From assembly GCA_963787045.1 (NCBI GenBank), contig CAWBBR010000010.1:7742-71741 (forward strand): a stretch of DNA of 64,000 nt, written 5' to 3'. Below are positions 20,361 to 29,413 of the stretch, piece after piece. The DNA is from an uncultured Gammaproteobacteria bacterium. GTDB lineage: Bacteria; Pseudomonadota; Gammaproteobacteria; Pseudomonadales; Azotimanducaceae. The notes beneath the pieces are model-generated. The model saw nothing but the letters and a program-made list of their open reading frames with translations. It was not told the DNA's origin and made no database searches. Position 1 is the stretch's first letter, and the number at the start of each line of letters is the position of its first letter. The position numbers and the translations under genes are program-made.

Positions 20361-20393
20361 GGCGGGCGGAGCAATCCGCCCGCCGTTTTTTTT
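20361..20393 (+). terminator. rho-independent terminator after phasin
   Basis: GGCGGGCGGA-gcaa-TCCGCCCGCC perfect 10-bp stem, followed by G and T8. Confidence 0.8.
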
Positions 20394-20480
20394 GGGCGCT
20401 CGCCCGAGCATGGCTCGCGCGTTACGCTTCGATAAAGGCCGCGGGCCATGTACCCCGGCCACCACTGGGAGGGCACGACC

Positions 20481-21927
20481 ATGCAGCAACTCACCGGAAT
20501 GGATGCGTCGTTTCTGTATTTCGAAACGCCGCGCACGCCGATGCACATCGGCAGCATTCAGATCTACGACCAGGCTTCCTTGCCGGGAGGCGTGCAGGGC
20601 TTCAAGACGATTCTGCGTCACATCGAAGAGCGGCTGCACGGCGCCCGCACATTCCGTCAGAAACTCGTCGACGTACCGTTCGGCCTCGATCATCCGTATT
20701 GGATCGAAGACAAAGACTTCGACCTCGAGTTTCACGTCCGCCACATTCGTTTGCCGCAGCCGGGCGACTGGCGCCAACTCTGCATTCAAACGGCGCGCCT
20801 GCATTCGCGCCCGCTCGATCTGTCGAAGCCGCTGTGGGAATTCACGGTCATCGAAGGTCTCGAGAACATTCCCGGTCTGCCGAAGGACTGCTACGCCATC
20901 GTCAGCAAGGTGCATCACGCATGCGTCGACGGCGTTTCCGGCATCGACATGACTCAGGCGATCCACGATCTCGACCCGAACAACCCCACCATCCGTCCGA
21001 ACACGACGCCGTGGCGCGGTGAAGACGAACCGAACCCGCTCGAACTGCTCGCGCGCGCGTCCATCAACAATGCGCTGCAACCGTTCCGCTTCGCCGAAGT
21101 GGTGGCGCGCACGGTGCCGGCGATGGGTCGGCTGACACAAGGCGTCGCGCAACGCCGTTTCAATACCAACAAGCCGGTGCCGCGTACGCGCTTCAACGGC
21201 ACCGTTACCGCGCATCGCACGGTGGAAGGTCGCAGCTTCGATCTGAAGGAAGTCCGCGCGGTCAAGTCGAGCGTGCCCGGTGCCACGATCAACGACGTCG
21301 TATTGTCCGTGTGCGGCGGCGCGCTGCGCGCCTATCTATTGTCGAAGAACGAGCTGCCGCAGGACTCGCTGGTCGCGATGGCACCGATCTCGGTGCGCAG
21401 TACCGATCAGCGCGGCGCGATGGGCAACCAGGTTGCCGCCATGAACGTCGCGATCGGCACGCACATCGCCGATCCGATCGAGCGCCTCAATGCGGTTCAC
21501 GCCGACGCGATGGCGTCGAAAGAGATGACGCAGGCGGTCGGCGCCAAGTTGATGACCGACTACTCGCAGTTCATTCCGTCGACCACGGCCGCACTCGCCG
21601 CGCGTCTGTACACGAATCTCGGCATGGCGAATCGAACGAATCCCGGCGTTCAACTGCGTGATCACGAACGTACCGGGTCCGCAGGTGCCGTTGTTCTGCG
21701 CCGGCGCGAAGATGGTCGCGCAATACGGTCTGGGTCCGGTTTTCGACGGCATGGGTTTGATCTTCCCGGTCGTTAGCTATTGCGGCCGCATCACCATCTC
21801 CGCCACGTCGTGCCGGGAAATGTTGCCCGACCCGGAGTTCTTCGCTGAGTGCATCCAACAAAGCTACGACGATCTGAAAGCCGCAACGCTGGGCAAGATG
21901 TCGCAGGCGGTCGCCGCGGAGGCTTGA
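20481..21927 (+). pseudogene. wax ester synthase/diacylglycerol acyltransferase (WS/DGAT), apparent 1-nt insertion near 21642-21648
   Basis: MQQLTGMDASFLYFE.., HHACVDG active-site motif. Reads in frame 3 to ..LGMANRTNP, then the conserved FNCVITNVPGPQVPLFCAGAKM.. C-terminus continues in frame 1 (ORF 21658..21927). Confidence 0.85.
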
Positions 21928-21932
21928 GCATC

Positions 21933-22724
21933 ATGGCGCGTCCACGCGTTCTGATTACCGGCGCTTCTTCTGGCATCGGCGCCGAGTTTGCGCGGCGCTT
22001 CGCCGCGAACGGGTACGACCTGATCCTCGTCGCGAGACGCCAGGAACTGCTCAACGCACTGCGCGACGAACTCGCTACCGATGGCGCAGAGGTGCTCGTC
22101 ATCGCAAAAGACCTGTCGCTCAAGACCTCTGCGAAATCGCTGTACCAGGACGTCAAGAGCTGCAATCTGACGGTCGACGTGCTGGTCAACAACGCCGGCG
22201 TCGCCTACGGCGGCGCCTTCACCGAGATGGAAGCCGAAGCGGTTCCGCGGATGGTGCTGTTGAACGCCGCAACGCTCGCGACGCTCACGCGATTGTTCGT
22301 CACCGACATGGTCGCGCGCGGTTCCGGTCGCATTCTGAACATCTCGTCGCTGTCGGCATTCCAGGCGGTGCCGAGCATGACGCTTTATGCGGCAACCAAG
22401 GCGTTCGTTCTGTCGTTCACCGAAGGGCTCGCCGAAGAGTTGCGCGGTACCGGCGTAACCGTCACCGCGTTGTGTCCCGGGCTGACCAATACCGACATGG
22501 TTCACGACATCGCGGGCGGCGGGTCTCTGCCCGAAGTGCCGTCGTTCATGATCAGCGACGTGAAAACGGTGGTGAAAGAAGGCTACGACGCCTGCGTGAA
22601 CGGCGAAGTGGTTCGCGTGCCCGGCCTCGCCAATCAGATCTCGGCGATGTGGAGCCAGACGCAACCGCGTTGGCTGGTGCGTACGCTGGGCGGAATGATC
22701 GGCCGGCAACTGCTGCGGCCGTAG
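21933..22724 (+). CDS. SDR family oxidoreductase
   Basis: ATG at 21933. TGASSGIG, NNAG and YAATK motifs. Confidence 0.85.
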   Translation: MARPRVLITGASSGIGAEFARRFAANGYDLILVARRQELLNALRDELATDGAEVLVIAKDLSLKTSAKSLYQDVKSCNLTVDVLVNNAGVAYGGAFTEMEAEAVPRMVLLNAATLATLTRLFVTDMVARGSGRILNISSLSAFQAVPSMTLYAATKAFVLSFTEGLAEELRGTGVTVTALCPGLTNTDMVHDIAGGGSLPEVPSFMISDVKTVVKEGYDACVNGEVVRVPGLANQISAMWSQTQPRWLVRTLGGMIGRQLLRP

Positions 22725-22731
22725 GCACTCG

Positions 22732-23511
22732 TTAGAGATCGATCCAGCCGAACCCGTCGCGCTGGGTCGCGAAGCGCAACCGCGGCAACCGGCGCCGCAA
22801 ATCGGCAAACGCACGGCCTAAGCTCTGCGCGCAGTTGTTCTGTTCGCTGATGTGCCCCACCACGACCTCGCGCAGCGATTCGGAGCCGATCTGTTCCAGT
22901 AGCGCCACTGTCTGCTCGTTAGAGAGGTGACCCAGCTCGCTCGCAATGCGGCGTTTGAGCTGCGGCGGATAGGTACCGCTCCACAGCATCTGGCGATCGT
23001 GATTCGCCTCTACCAGCAGCGCATTGCAACGCCCGTAGACCTCGCTCACATAGGGCGTGATGTGTCCGAGGTCGGTCAACACCCCGATGCGCACACCGGC
23101 GCCGTCGAATACGAATTGGGTAGGCTCGCGCGCATCGTGCGGCACCGGCACGGGTGTGACGGAAATACCGTCGATCTGGAAACTCGTCTGCGAGTTGAAC
23201 AGGCGCAAGTCGAGATCGTCCCAGCCGCTCACCCCGCGGCGCGTCCCATGCGACAGATAGACAGGCACGCGATGGCGTCGCGCCAGCACCGCGACGCCCT
23301 GCATGTGATCGCTGTGTTCGTGCGTGACGAGGATGGCCGAGAGGTCTTCAGGCTGCAGACCCAGGCGTGCGAGCCGCGTGCGCGTCTGCCGCAGCGTGAA
23401 ACCGCAATCGACCAACAGGTGGACGCCGTCGAGAGAAACCACGGTACCGTTGCCGCGACTGCCGCTGCCGAGCGACGCGAGAGCCGCGCCTCGCGCCGGC
23501 GCGAGAAGAAT
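22732..23511 (-). CDS. MBL-fold metallo-hydrolase (start codon unresolved)
   Basis: LGSGSRGNG, LLVDCGF and THEHSDH motifs. No ATG/GTG/TTG in any frame just upstream of ..ALASLGSGS. ATT at 23511 is the only nearby candidate start. Confidence 0.7.
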   Translation of the reverse strand: MLLAPARGAALASLGSGSRGNGTVVSLDGVHLLVDCGFTLRQTRTRLARLGLQPEDLSAILVTHEHSDHMQGVAVLARRHRVPVYLSHGTRRGVSGWDDLDLRLFNSQTSFQIDGISVTPVPVPHDAREPTQFVFDGAGVRIGVLTDLGHITPYVSEVYGRCNALLVEANHDRQMLWSGTYPPQLKRRIASELGHLSNEQTVALLEQIGSESLREVVVGHISEQNNCAQSLGRAFADLRRRLPRLRFATQRDGFGWIDL

Positions 23512-23531
23512 GGGTAGCTGTTCGGCGGCCG

Positions 23532-24632
23532 CTATGTCGCGAACTCGCGAATCATGATGAGGATCTGCTCTGCCAGGTCCGACGGGGCGCGTTGACCGTT
23601 GTCGTCGAACACGGTCAGATCGAAGCCGGGCGTCTTCGGCTCCATCAGAATCGTTACCTTGCGCTTGTGCTCGCTGCGGAACCAGCGCGTCCAGATCGAC
23701 GGCTTTTCTTCCTGGTTCAGCATCTGGTCGGTGACGGTCACGTAGAACACGCCGGCGGAACGGTCGACGTCGGTGACGTCGAGCTTCGCTTCGTGCAGCG
23801 CCTGATTCACGGTGGCCCACGCGCGATCGAAATCGAGATTGAGGCGCAGAAACGGCAGGTCCGACGCATCGCGTTGCAGGTCTGCCTTGCTCTGCGTGCT
23901 GATGTTGCGCGCGACGTACGAGATGCTCGCGTCCGCGACGTTCGCGGCGATGTAGCCGCCGAGTTCGTTCAGCAGCTGCGTCTCCACCTCGGCGACGTCG
24001 GACTGCGCCGGCATGGTGTCTTCGTGCGGCATCGACTTGCTGTCGTTCTCGTAGCGCAGATGGATCTCGGTGCTGCGGTCGCGAATGCCCGGTTCGATCA
24101 GCACTCGCACGCGGTCGCGACCGGTCGTGATACCCGCGGTCTGTTTCCCGTCGCTGATCGACAATCGAACAACGTCGCGCGCGGCTTTGCTCGAAACCGT
24201 CAGCCATTCCGTATCGATCCGGCCGGTTTGCGGCTGCTCGAGTTCGATCGCAACGCCGTTGTCGGCGAAGAACTGTTTCACTTTCGGCCACACCACAGCC
24301 GGCGCTTGCGGAACCAGCAGCCAGCGCTGATCGCCGAGCTTCTGGATCTTCACGCCCTCGGCTTCCTCGCGCGCGTAGATCGCTTCGGGTCGCGGCGCGC
24401 CGCCTTCGAAGTTGACGTGGCGCTGCGTCGACGACACCTGCGGAATCGCCATCGTGCTCTGAATCGCAGCGCTCGACAGATCCTCCGGAACGACGAGCGG
24501 CGGGCCTTCCGTCGCCTTTAGATAATCGTTAGATCGATCGACGAAGAACCCTTTGTCGTCGCTCATCCATCCACAGCCGACGAGCAACGTCGCGCATATC
24601 GCCAGTGCCGAACGGAGACCGGGTCGTATCAC
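23532..24632 (-). CDS. bamC: outer membrane protein assembly factor BamC
   Basis: GTG at 24632 overlaps the dapA stop (GTGA). Lipobox LLVGC. Position immediately downstream of dapA. 366 aa. Confidence 0.8.
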   Translation of the reverse strand: MIRPGLRSALAICATLLVGCGWMSDDKGFFVDRSNDYLKATEGPPLVVPEDLSSAAIQSTMAIPQVSSTQRHVNFEGGAPRPEAIYAREEAEGVKIQKLGDQRWLLVPQAPAVVWPKVKQFFADNGVAIELEQPQTGRIDTEWLTVSSKAARDVVRLSISDGKQTAGITTGRDRVRVLIEPGIRDRSTEIHLRYENDSKSMPHEDTMPAQSDVAEVETQLLNELGGYIAANVADASISYVARNISTQSKADLQRDASDLPFLRLNLDFDRAWATVNQALHEAKLDVTDVDRSAGVFYVTVTDQMLNQEEKPSIWTRWFRSEHKRKVTILMEPKTPGFDLTVFDDNGQRAPSDLAEQILIMIREFAT

Positions 24633-25507
24633 GCGATCGCTCCGACCGTGCGCAGCCGGCGCTCGAGCTCCGGTCGATGCACCTCGGACATCGGCAGCAG
24701 CGGCAACCGGATGCCGGTGTCGATCTTGCCCATCAGATGCAACGCCCATTTCGTCGGTTGCGGGCTCGATTCGACGAATAGAATCTGGTGGATCGGCTGC
24801 AATCGCGCGTCGATCTCCTTTGCGGCGGCTTCGTCGCCGTCGATGTACGCCGAAACGAACTGCGCCATTTCGTGCGGCAGAACGTTGGCCGTGACCGAGA
24901 TGGTGCCCACCGCGCCGCGTCGCATCATGTCGAACGTCTGCGCATCTTCGCCGGACAGGATGACGAAGTCCGGCGGACAGCACGCGCGAATCTGCGTAAC
25001 GCGTTCGACGTCGCCGCACGCTTCCTTGATGCCGATGATGTTGTCGATCGCGGACAATCGGCCGACCGTTTCGGCTTTCATGTCGCAGGCGGTTCTCGCG
25101 GGCACGTTGTACAGCACCTGCGGCACGTCCACCGCCGCCGCGATCGCCTTGTAGTGCTGGTACAGCCCTTCCTGCGTCGGCCGGTTGTAGTACGGCGTCA
25201 CCAGGAGGCACGCGTCCGCGCCGACGGCAGCGGACTTGCGCGTCAACTCGATTGCTTCCGACGTGGAGTTGGCACCCGTTCCGGCGATCACCGGAATCTG
25301 TTTGCCGACGCGAACGACCGTGCGTTCCACCACCTTTATGTGTTCTTCGACGCTGAGCGTCGCGGATTCGCCGGTCGTGCCGACCGGCACGATGCCATGC
25401 GTGCCCGACTCCACGTGCCAGTCGATCAGTCGGTCGAGCGCCGCCCAATCGACTTCGCCGGAACGGTGCATCGGCGTCACGAGAGCGACAATGCTGCCCG
25501 CGAGCAT
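24629..25507 (-). CDS. dapA: 4-hydroxy-tetrahydrodipicolinate synthase
   Basis: 292-aa ORF with VGTTGES, TPYYN, YNVP and GIKEA motifs. Confidence 0.95.
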   Translation of the reverse strand: MLAGSIVALVTPMHRSGEVDWAALDRLIDWHVESGTHGIVPVGTTGESATLSVEEHIKVVERTVVRVGKQIPVIAGTGANSTSEAIELTRKSAAVGADACLLVTPYYNRPTQEGLYQHYKAIAAAVDVPQVLYNVPARTACDMKAETVGRLSAIDNIIGIKEACGDVERVTQIRACCPPDFVILSGEDAQTFDMMRRGAVGTISVTANVLPHEMAQFVSAYIDGDEAAAKEIDARLQPIHQILFVESSPQPTKWALHLMGKIDTGIRLPLLPMSEVHRPELERRLRTVGAIA

Positions 25508-25560
25508 GGTGAATCCCTGAAAAAAAGTCGGCTAAGGATACTGACGGGTTCGTTCGATCA

Positions 25561-25809
25561 CTAGGCTTTCTTGCGCAGCAGATATTCGAAGCGGCCGTCT
25601 GCCTGTTTCGACTCCAGCAGCGCGTTTCCGCTCTGTTGCGAGAACACTTCGAAATCGCGCGCAGACGCAGGATCGGTGGCGATGACGCGCAGCAGCGCGC
25701 CGGCCGACATGCCGTTCAGCGCCTTCTTCGCTTTCAGCAGCGGCATCGGACAGTTGAGCCCGGACACGTCGAGCACAACGGGCTGTACGTCGGAAGTGGA
25801 TGCGGCCAT
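25561..25809 (-). CDS. TusA-family sulfurtransferase
   Basis: 82 aa from ATG 25809. LDVSGLNCPMPLLKAKKAL (CPxP motif). Confidence 0.8.
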   Translation of the reverse strand: MAASTSDVQPVVLDVSGLNCPMPLLKAKKALNGMSAGALLRVIATDPASARDFEVFSQQSGNALLESKQADGRFEYLLRKKA

Positions 25810-25953
25810 TTGCACATCGCCGGATTGGACCGGTTCAGAGTATTGCACAACGCCACCCGCCCCCTGCGACGGAACTTTTCGGCGCAGTCGTATCACTATG
25901 CTTAGCCAAAGCCGATTTAACGGCGACTCGGCCAATTTCAGTATCATGCACAC

Positions 25954-27402
25954 ATGCGCCTCAGCCCCCACATGCGCTTGTTGATCGTCGCCGCCCTGAG
26001 CTGGTCGATCAGCGCAGCCGCGACCGTGAGCAGCGAGTTGCCGGAACTCGGCGACAGCTCGTCGGCGGTGGTGTCGCTCGAGATGGAACAGGAGATCGGC
26101 AAACAGCTGCTGCGCCAGGTACACGCCGAAGTCCCGACGATCAGCGACCCGCTGCTGAAGTACTACACGGAGACGCAGCTATACAGCCTCGCCGAACACT
26201 CCGAGCTGAAGCGCAAGCAGCTGTTTCCGGTGCTGATCGACTCGCAGGAAGTGAACGCATTCGCGGCGCCGGGCGGCGTCGTCGGCATCAATCTGGGGCT
26301 GTATCTGGCCGCCGAAGACGTCAACGAATACTCGGCGGTGCTCGCGCACGAACTCGCGCACCTGAGCCAACGCCACTTCGCGCGTCAGATCGAGATGCAG
26401 CAGCAGTCGGCAATTCCGTATCTGGCGGCGATGCTCGCGTCGATCGTCATTGCCGCCACCGCCGGCGGCAACGCCGGGCTCGCGGCGATGTCGGGCACTC
26501 AGGCACTCGCGCAACAGAGCCAACTGCAGTTTTCGCGCGAACGCGAAGCCGAAGCGGACCGTATCGGCATCAACACGCTCGCGGCGGCGAACCTCGATCC
26601 GGCGGCAATGGCGAAGATGTTCGAGCAGATGCAGCGCGCCTACCGCTTCAGCAAGCGCCCGCCGGAATTTCTGCTCACCCACCCGGTCACCGAAGCGCGC
26701 ATCTCCGACGCGCGTAACCAGGCGTCGGAATACCCGGCGAAGAACTATCCCGACTCCGAAGACTTCCAGATGATGCGCGCGCGCGCGATGGTGCATTACG
26801 CGCCGTCGCCGCAGCAGGCCGTCGCGGAATTCAAAGCACTCGTCGAACGCACCGACGGCGCGGACTGGGCTTACTACGGCTTGATCGTCGCGCTGTCGCG
26901 CGCCGGCGATCACGACGGCGCGCTCGACACCGCGAAGCCGCTGATGGCGAAGCACCCGGATTCGCTGCTCTACATGGCGACCGAAGCCGAGTTGCTCACC
27001 GCCGCGGGACGCTACGACGATGCGATCAAGTTGCTCACGGCGCAGCTCGTGATCAACCCCGACAACAAGCCGCTATCGGTTCTGTATGCCGATGCATTGA
27101 ACGGCGCCCGCCGCTACCACGACGCCGAGGCCGTGCTGGTGAAACAGTCGGTGCGCTCTCCGGACGACATCGACGTGTGGTACGAACTCGCCGAAACGGC
27201 CGGGCTCGCCGGCGACATCGTGCAGGTGCACCTCGCGCGCGCCGAGTATTTCGCGCGCGTGGGCAATCTGCAGAAGAGCATTCAGCACCTCGAATACGCG
27301 CGTGGACTGGTGAGCAGCGACAACTATCGCCTCACCGCGATGCTCGATCAGCGCATCCGCGATCTGAGCGCCGAACTGGCGGAGAGCCAGAAACGCAGCT
27401 GA
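25954..27402 (+). CDS. bepA: M48 metalloprotease with TPR domain (BepA/YfgC-like)
   Basis: Signal peptide, HELAHLSQRH zinc motif and EREADR, with a TPR-like C-terminal half. Confidence 0.85.
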   Translation: MRLSPHMRLLIVAALSWSISAAATVSSELPELGDSSSAVVSLEMEQEIGKQLLRQVHAEVPTISDPLLKYYTETQLYSLAEHSELKRKQLFPVLIDSQEVNAFAAPGGVVGINLGLYLAAEDVNEYSAVLAHELAHLSQRHFARQIEMQQQSAIPYLAAMLASIVIAATAGGNAGLAAMSGTQALAQQSQLQFSREREAEADRIGINTLAAANLDPAAMAKMFEQMQRAYRFSKRPPEFLLTHPVTEARISDARNQASEYPAKNYPDSEDFQMMRARAMVHYAPSPQQAVAEFKALVERTDGADWAYYGLIVALSRAGDHDGALDTAKPLMAKHPDSLLYMATEAELLTAAGRYDDAIKLLTAQLVINPDNKPLSVLYADALNGARRYHDAEAVLVKQSVRSPDDIDVWYELAETAGLAGDIVQVHLARAEYFARVGNLQKSIQHLEYARGLVSSDNYRLTAMLDQRIRDLSAELAESQKRS

Positions 27403-27405
27403 GGC

Positions 27406-28449
27406 TCAAGCGGGCTTCGGGAAATCCAGCATCCGTTGCAGCGGGACCATCGCGCGCCGCCCGATTTCGGGATCGACGTGAATTTCGTTGCTCCCGCGCG
27501 CCAACGATTCCTTCAGTTCGCGCAGCTGATTCATCGCCATCCACGGGCAGTGCGCGCAACTGCGGCACGTTGCACCGTCGCCTGCGGTCGGCGCTTCGAT
27601 GAAGCGCTTGTTCGGCGCTTCCTTGCGCATTTTGTGGAAGATGCCGCGGTCGGTCGCGACGATGAACATCTTGTGCGGCAGCGTCTTGGCCGCTTTGACG
27701 AGCGCACTGGTAGAGCCCACCGCGTCGGCGAGTTCGATCACTTGCGCCGGACTTTCCGGATGCACCAGCACGCCGGCGTCCGGGTAGATCGCCTTGAGGT
27801 CGGCCAGCGCCTTGAACTTGAACTCTTCGTGCACCACGCACGCGCCGTTCCACAGCAGCATGTCGGCGCCGGTCTGGCTTTGAATGTAGCGGCCGAGGTA
27901 CTTGTCCGGCGCCCACAACACTTTCTCGCCCTTTGCCGCGAGGTGTTCGACGATCGGCAGCGCAATGCTCGACGTCACCACCCAGTCCGACAACGCTTTC
28001 ACCTGCACCGACGTGTTCGCATACACCACCACGGTGCGGTCGCTGTTCGCTTTGCAGAACGCTTCGAATTCGTCCGGCGGGCAGCCGAGATCGAGCGAGC
28101 ACTCCGCCTTCAACGTCGGCATCAGCACGCGTTTGTCGGGCGAGAGAATCTTCGCGGTTTCGCCCATGAAGCGGACGCCGGCCACCACCAGCGTGGTCGC
28201 CGGATGGTCGCGACCGAAGCGCGCCATCTCCAGCGAATCGGCGACGCAACCGCCGGTCTCCTCGGCGAGATCCTGAATGTCGCCGTCGACGTAGTAGTGC
28301 GCCACGATCGCCGCGTTCTTCGCGGCGAGCAGCGCTTTGATCTCGTCCTTCAACCGGCGTCGATCCGCGGTATCGACAACCGGCGGCTCGAAAACCGGCA
28401 CCCGTTCGCGGGGCAGTGCGTGGTCGGCGAGTGTGGTCATGACGCGCAT
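27406..28449 (-). CDS. nadA: quinolinate synthase
   Basis: 347-aa ORF with [22 protein letters not shown] and [10 protein letters not shown] motifs. Confidence 0.95.
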   Translation of the reverse strand: MRVMTTLADHALPRERVPVFEPPVVDTADRRRLKDEIKALLAAKNAAIVAHYYVDGDIQDLAEETGGCVADSLEMARFGRDHPATTLVVAGVRFMGETAKILSPDKRVLMPTLKAECSLDLGCPPDEFEAFCKANSDRTVVVYANTSVQVKALSDWVVTSSIALPIVEHLAAKGEKVLWAPDKYLGRYIQSQTGADMLLWNGACVVHEEFKFKALADLKAIYPDAGVLVHPESPAQVIELADAVGSTSALVKAAKTLPHKMFIVATDRGIFHKMRKEAPNKRFIEAPTAGDGATCRSCAHCPWMAMNQLRELKESLARGSNEIHVDPEIGRRAMVPLQRMLDFPKPA

Positions 28450-28508
28450 TCTGGTTGCGGGAGGGCGAGTCTACCATGTAGAACACGCACCTCTTTCGCG
28501 AGCCGACC

Positions 28509-29390
28509 ATGCCGAGCATCTGCTTCCTGACGAGTACGCGGGGCGCGCCGCGTAACGACAATCACAGTCGCCTGCCCGACGCGTGGAGCGTCGCCGGCTG
28601 GGGCGTGACGCGCGCCGATCACGACGACGTGCGGCTCGACCGAAGCGGAATCTGCGTCGGCGAAACGTCGTTGGAGAAATTCGATCTGATCTGGCCGGTG
28701 GGCCTCGGCGTACGGGAGTCGTTCCTCGATCGCATGCAGCTGCTTTCGACGATCGACGAACAGCGTTTCGTAACGAGCCCGCGTGCGTTGCTGATGCACC
28801 ACGCCAAATACTCGATCGCGCTCGGCGACCTCGCAGCGCATCACCCCGAGACCTTCGCGAGTCGCGATCCGCGTTGGTTGAAGCAGCGGGTGCTCGGTGG
28901 CGGCGACTGGATTGCCAAGCCGTCGGCGGCGAGCTTCGGTCGCGACGTGTATCGGTTGCGCGCGGACGATCCGAATCTCGACGTGATCCTCGACGCGCTC
29001 ACCGGCTACGACGCGTCGCGCTATTGTCTGCTGCAGCGTTACGTCCCTGAAATCGAGCGCGGCGAAACACGCGTTTTGTTGGCTGCAGGCGAATACATCG
29101 GCGCCTATCTACGGCGGCCCGGTACCGACCACCGCGTGAATCTATCGGGCGGCGGTCGCGCCGACCCGGTCACGCCGTCGAATGCTGAACTGGAACTCGC
29201 AACGTCCGCCGCACGCAGCCTGCTCGCGCACGGCGTTCGGTTCGTTGCGATCGACATCGCTTATCCGTGGATCATCGAGTTCAACATCGCCAACCCGGGC
29301 GGGCTCGAGACGATCGAACGGTTGACGGGCGAAGACCTCACGCCGCGCGTCGTCGCCGCGATCGAGCGGAGTAGTAGAACTTGCAGGTAA
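28509..29390 (+). CDS. ATP-grasp protein (glutathione-synthetase-like)
   Basis: 293-aa ORF. WIAKPSAASFGRDV, LLQRYVPEI, TRVLL and EFNIANPGG resemble the GshB-type ATP-grasp C-terminal domain. Confidence 0.65.
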   Translation: MPSICFLTSTRGAPRNDNHSRLPDAWSVAGWGVTRADHDDVRLDRSGICVGETSLEKFDLIWPVGLGVRESFLDRMQLLSTIDEQRFVTSPRALLMHHAKYSIALGDLAAHHPETFASRDPRWLKQRVLGGGDWIAKPSAASFGRDVYRLRADDPNLDVILDALTGYDASRYCLLQRYVPEIERGETRVLLAAGEYIGAYLRRPGTDHRVNLSGGGRADPVTPSNAELELATSAARSLLAHGVRFVAIDIAYPWIIEFNIANPGGLETIERLTGEDLTPRVVAAIERSSRTCR

Positions 29391-29413
29391 CTCTGAGCTA
29401 GACCGGGTCGCCT

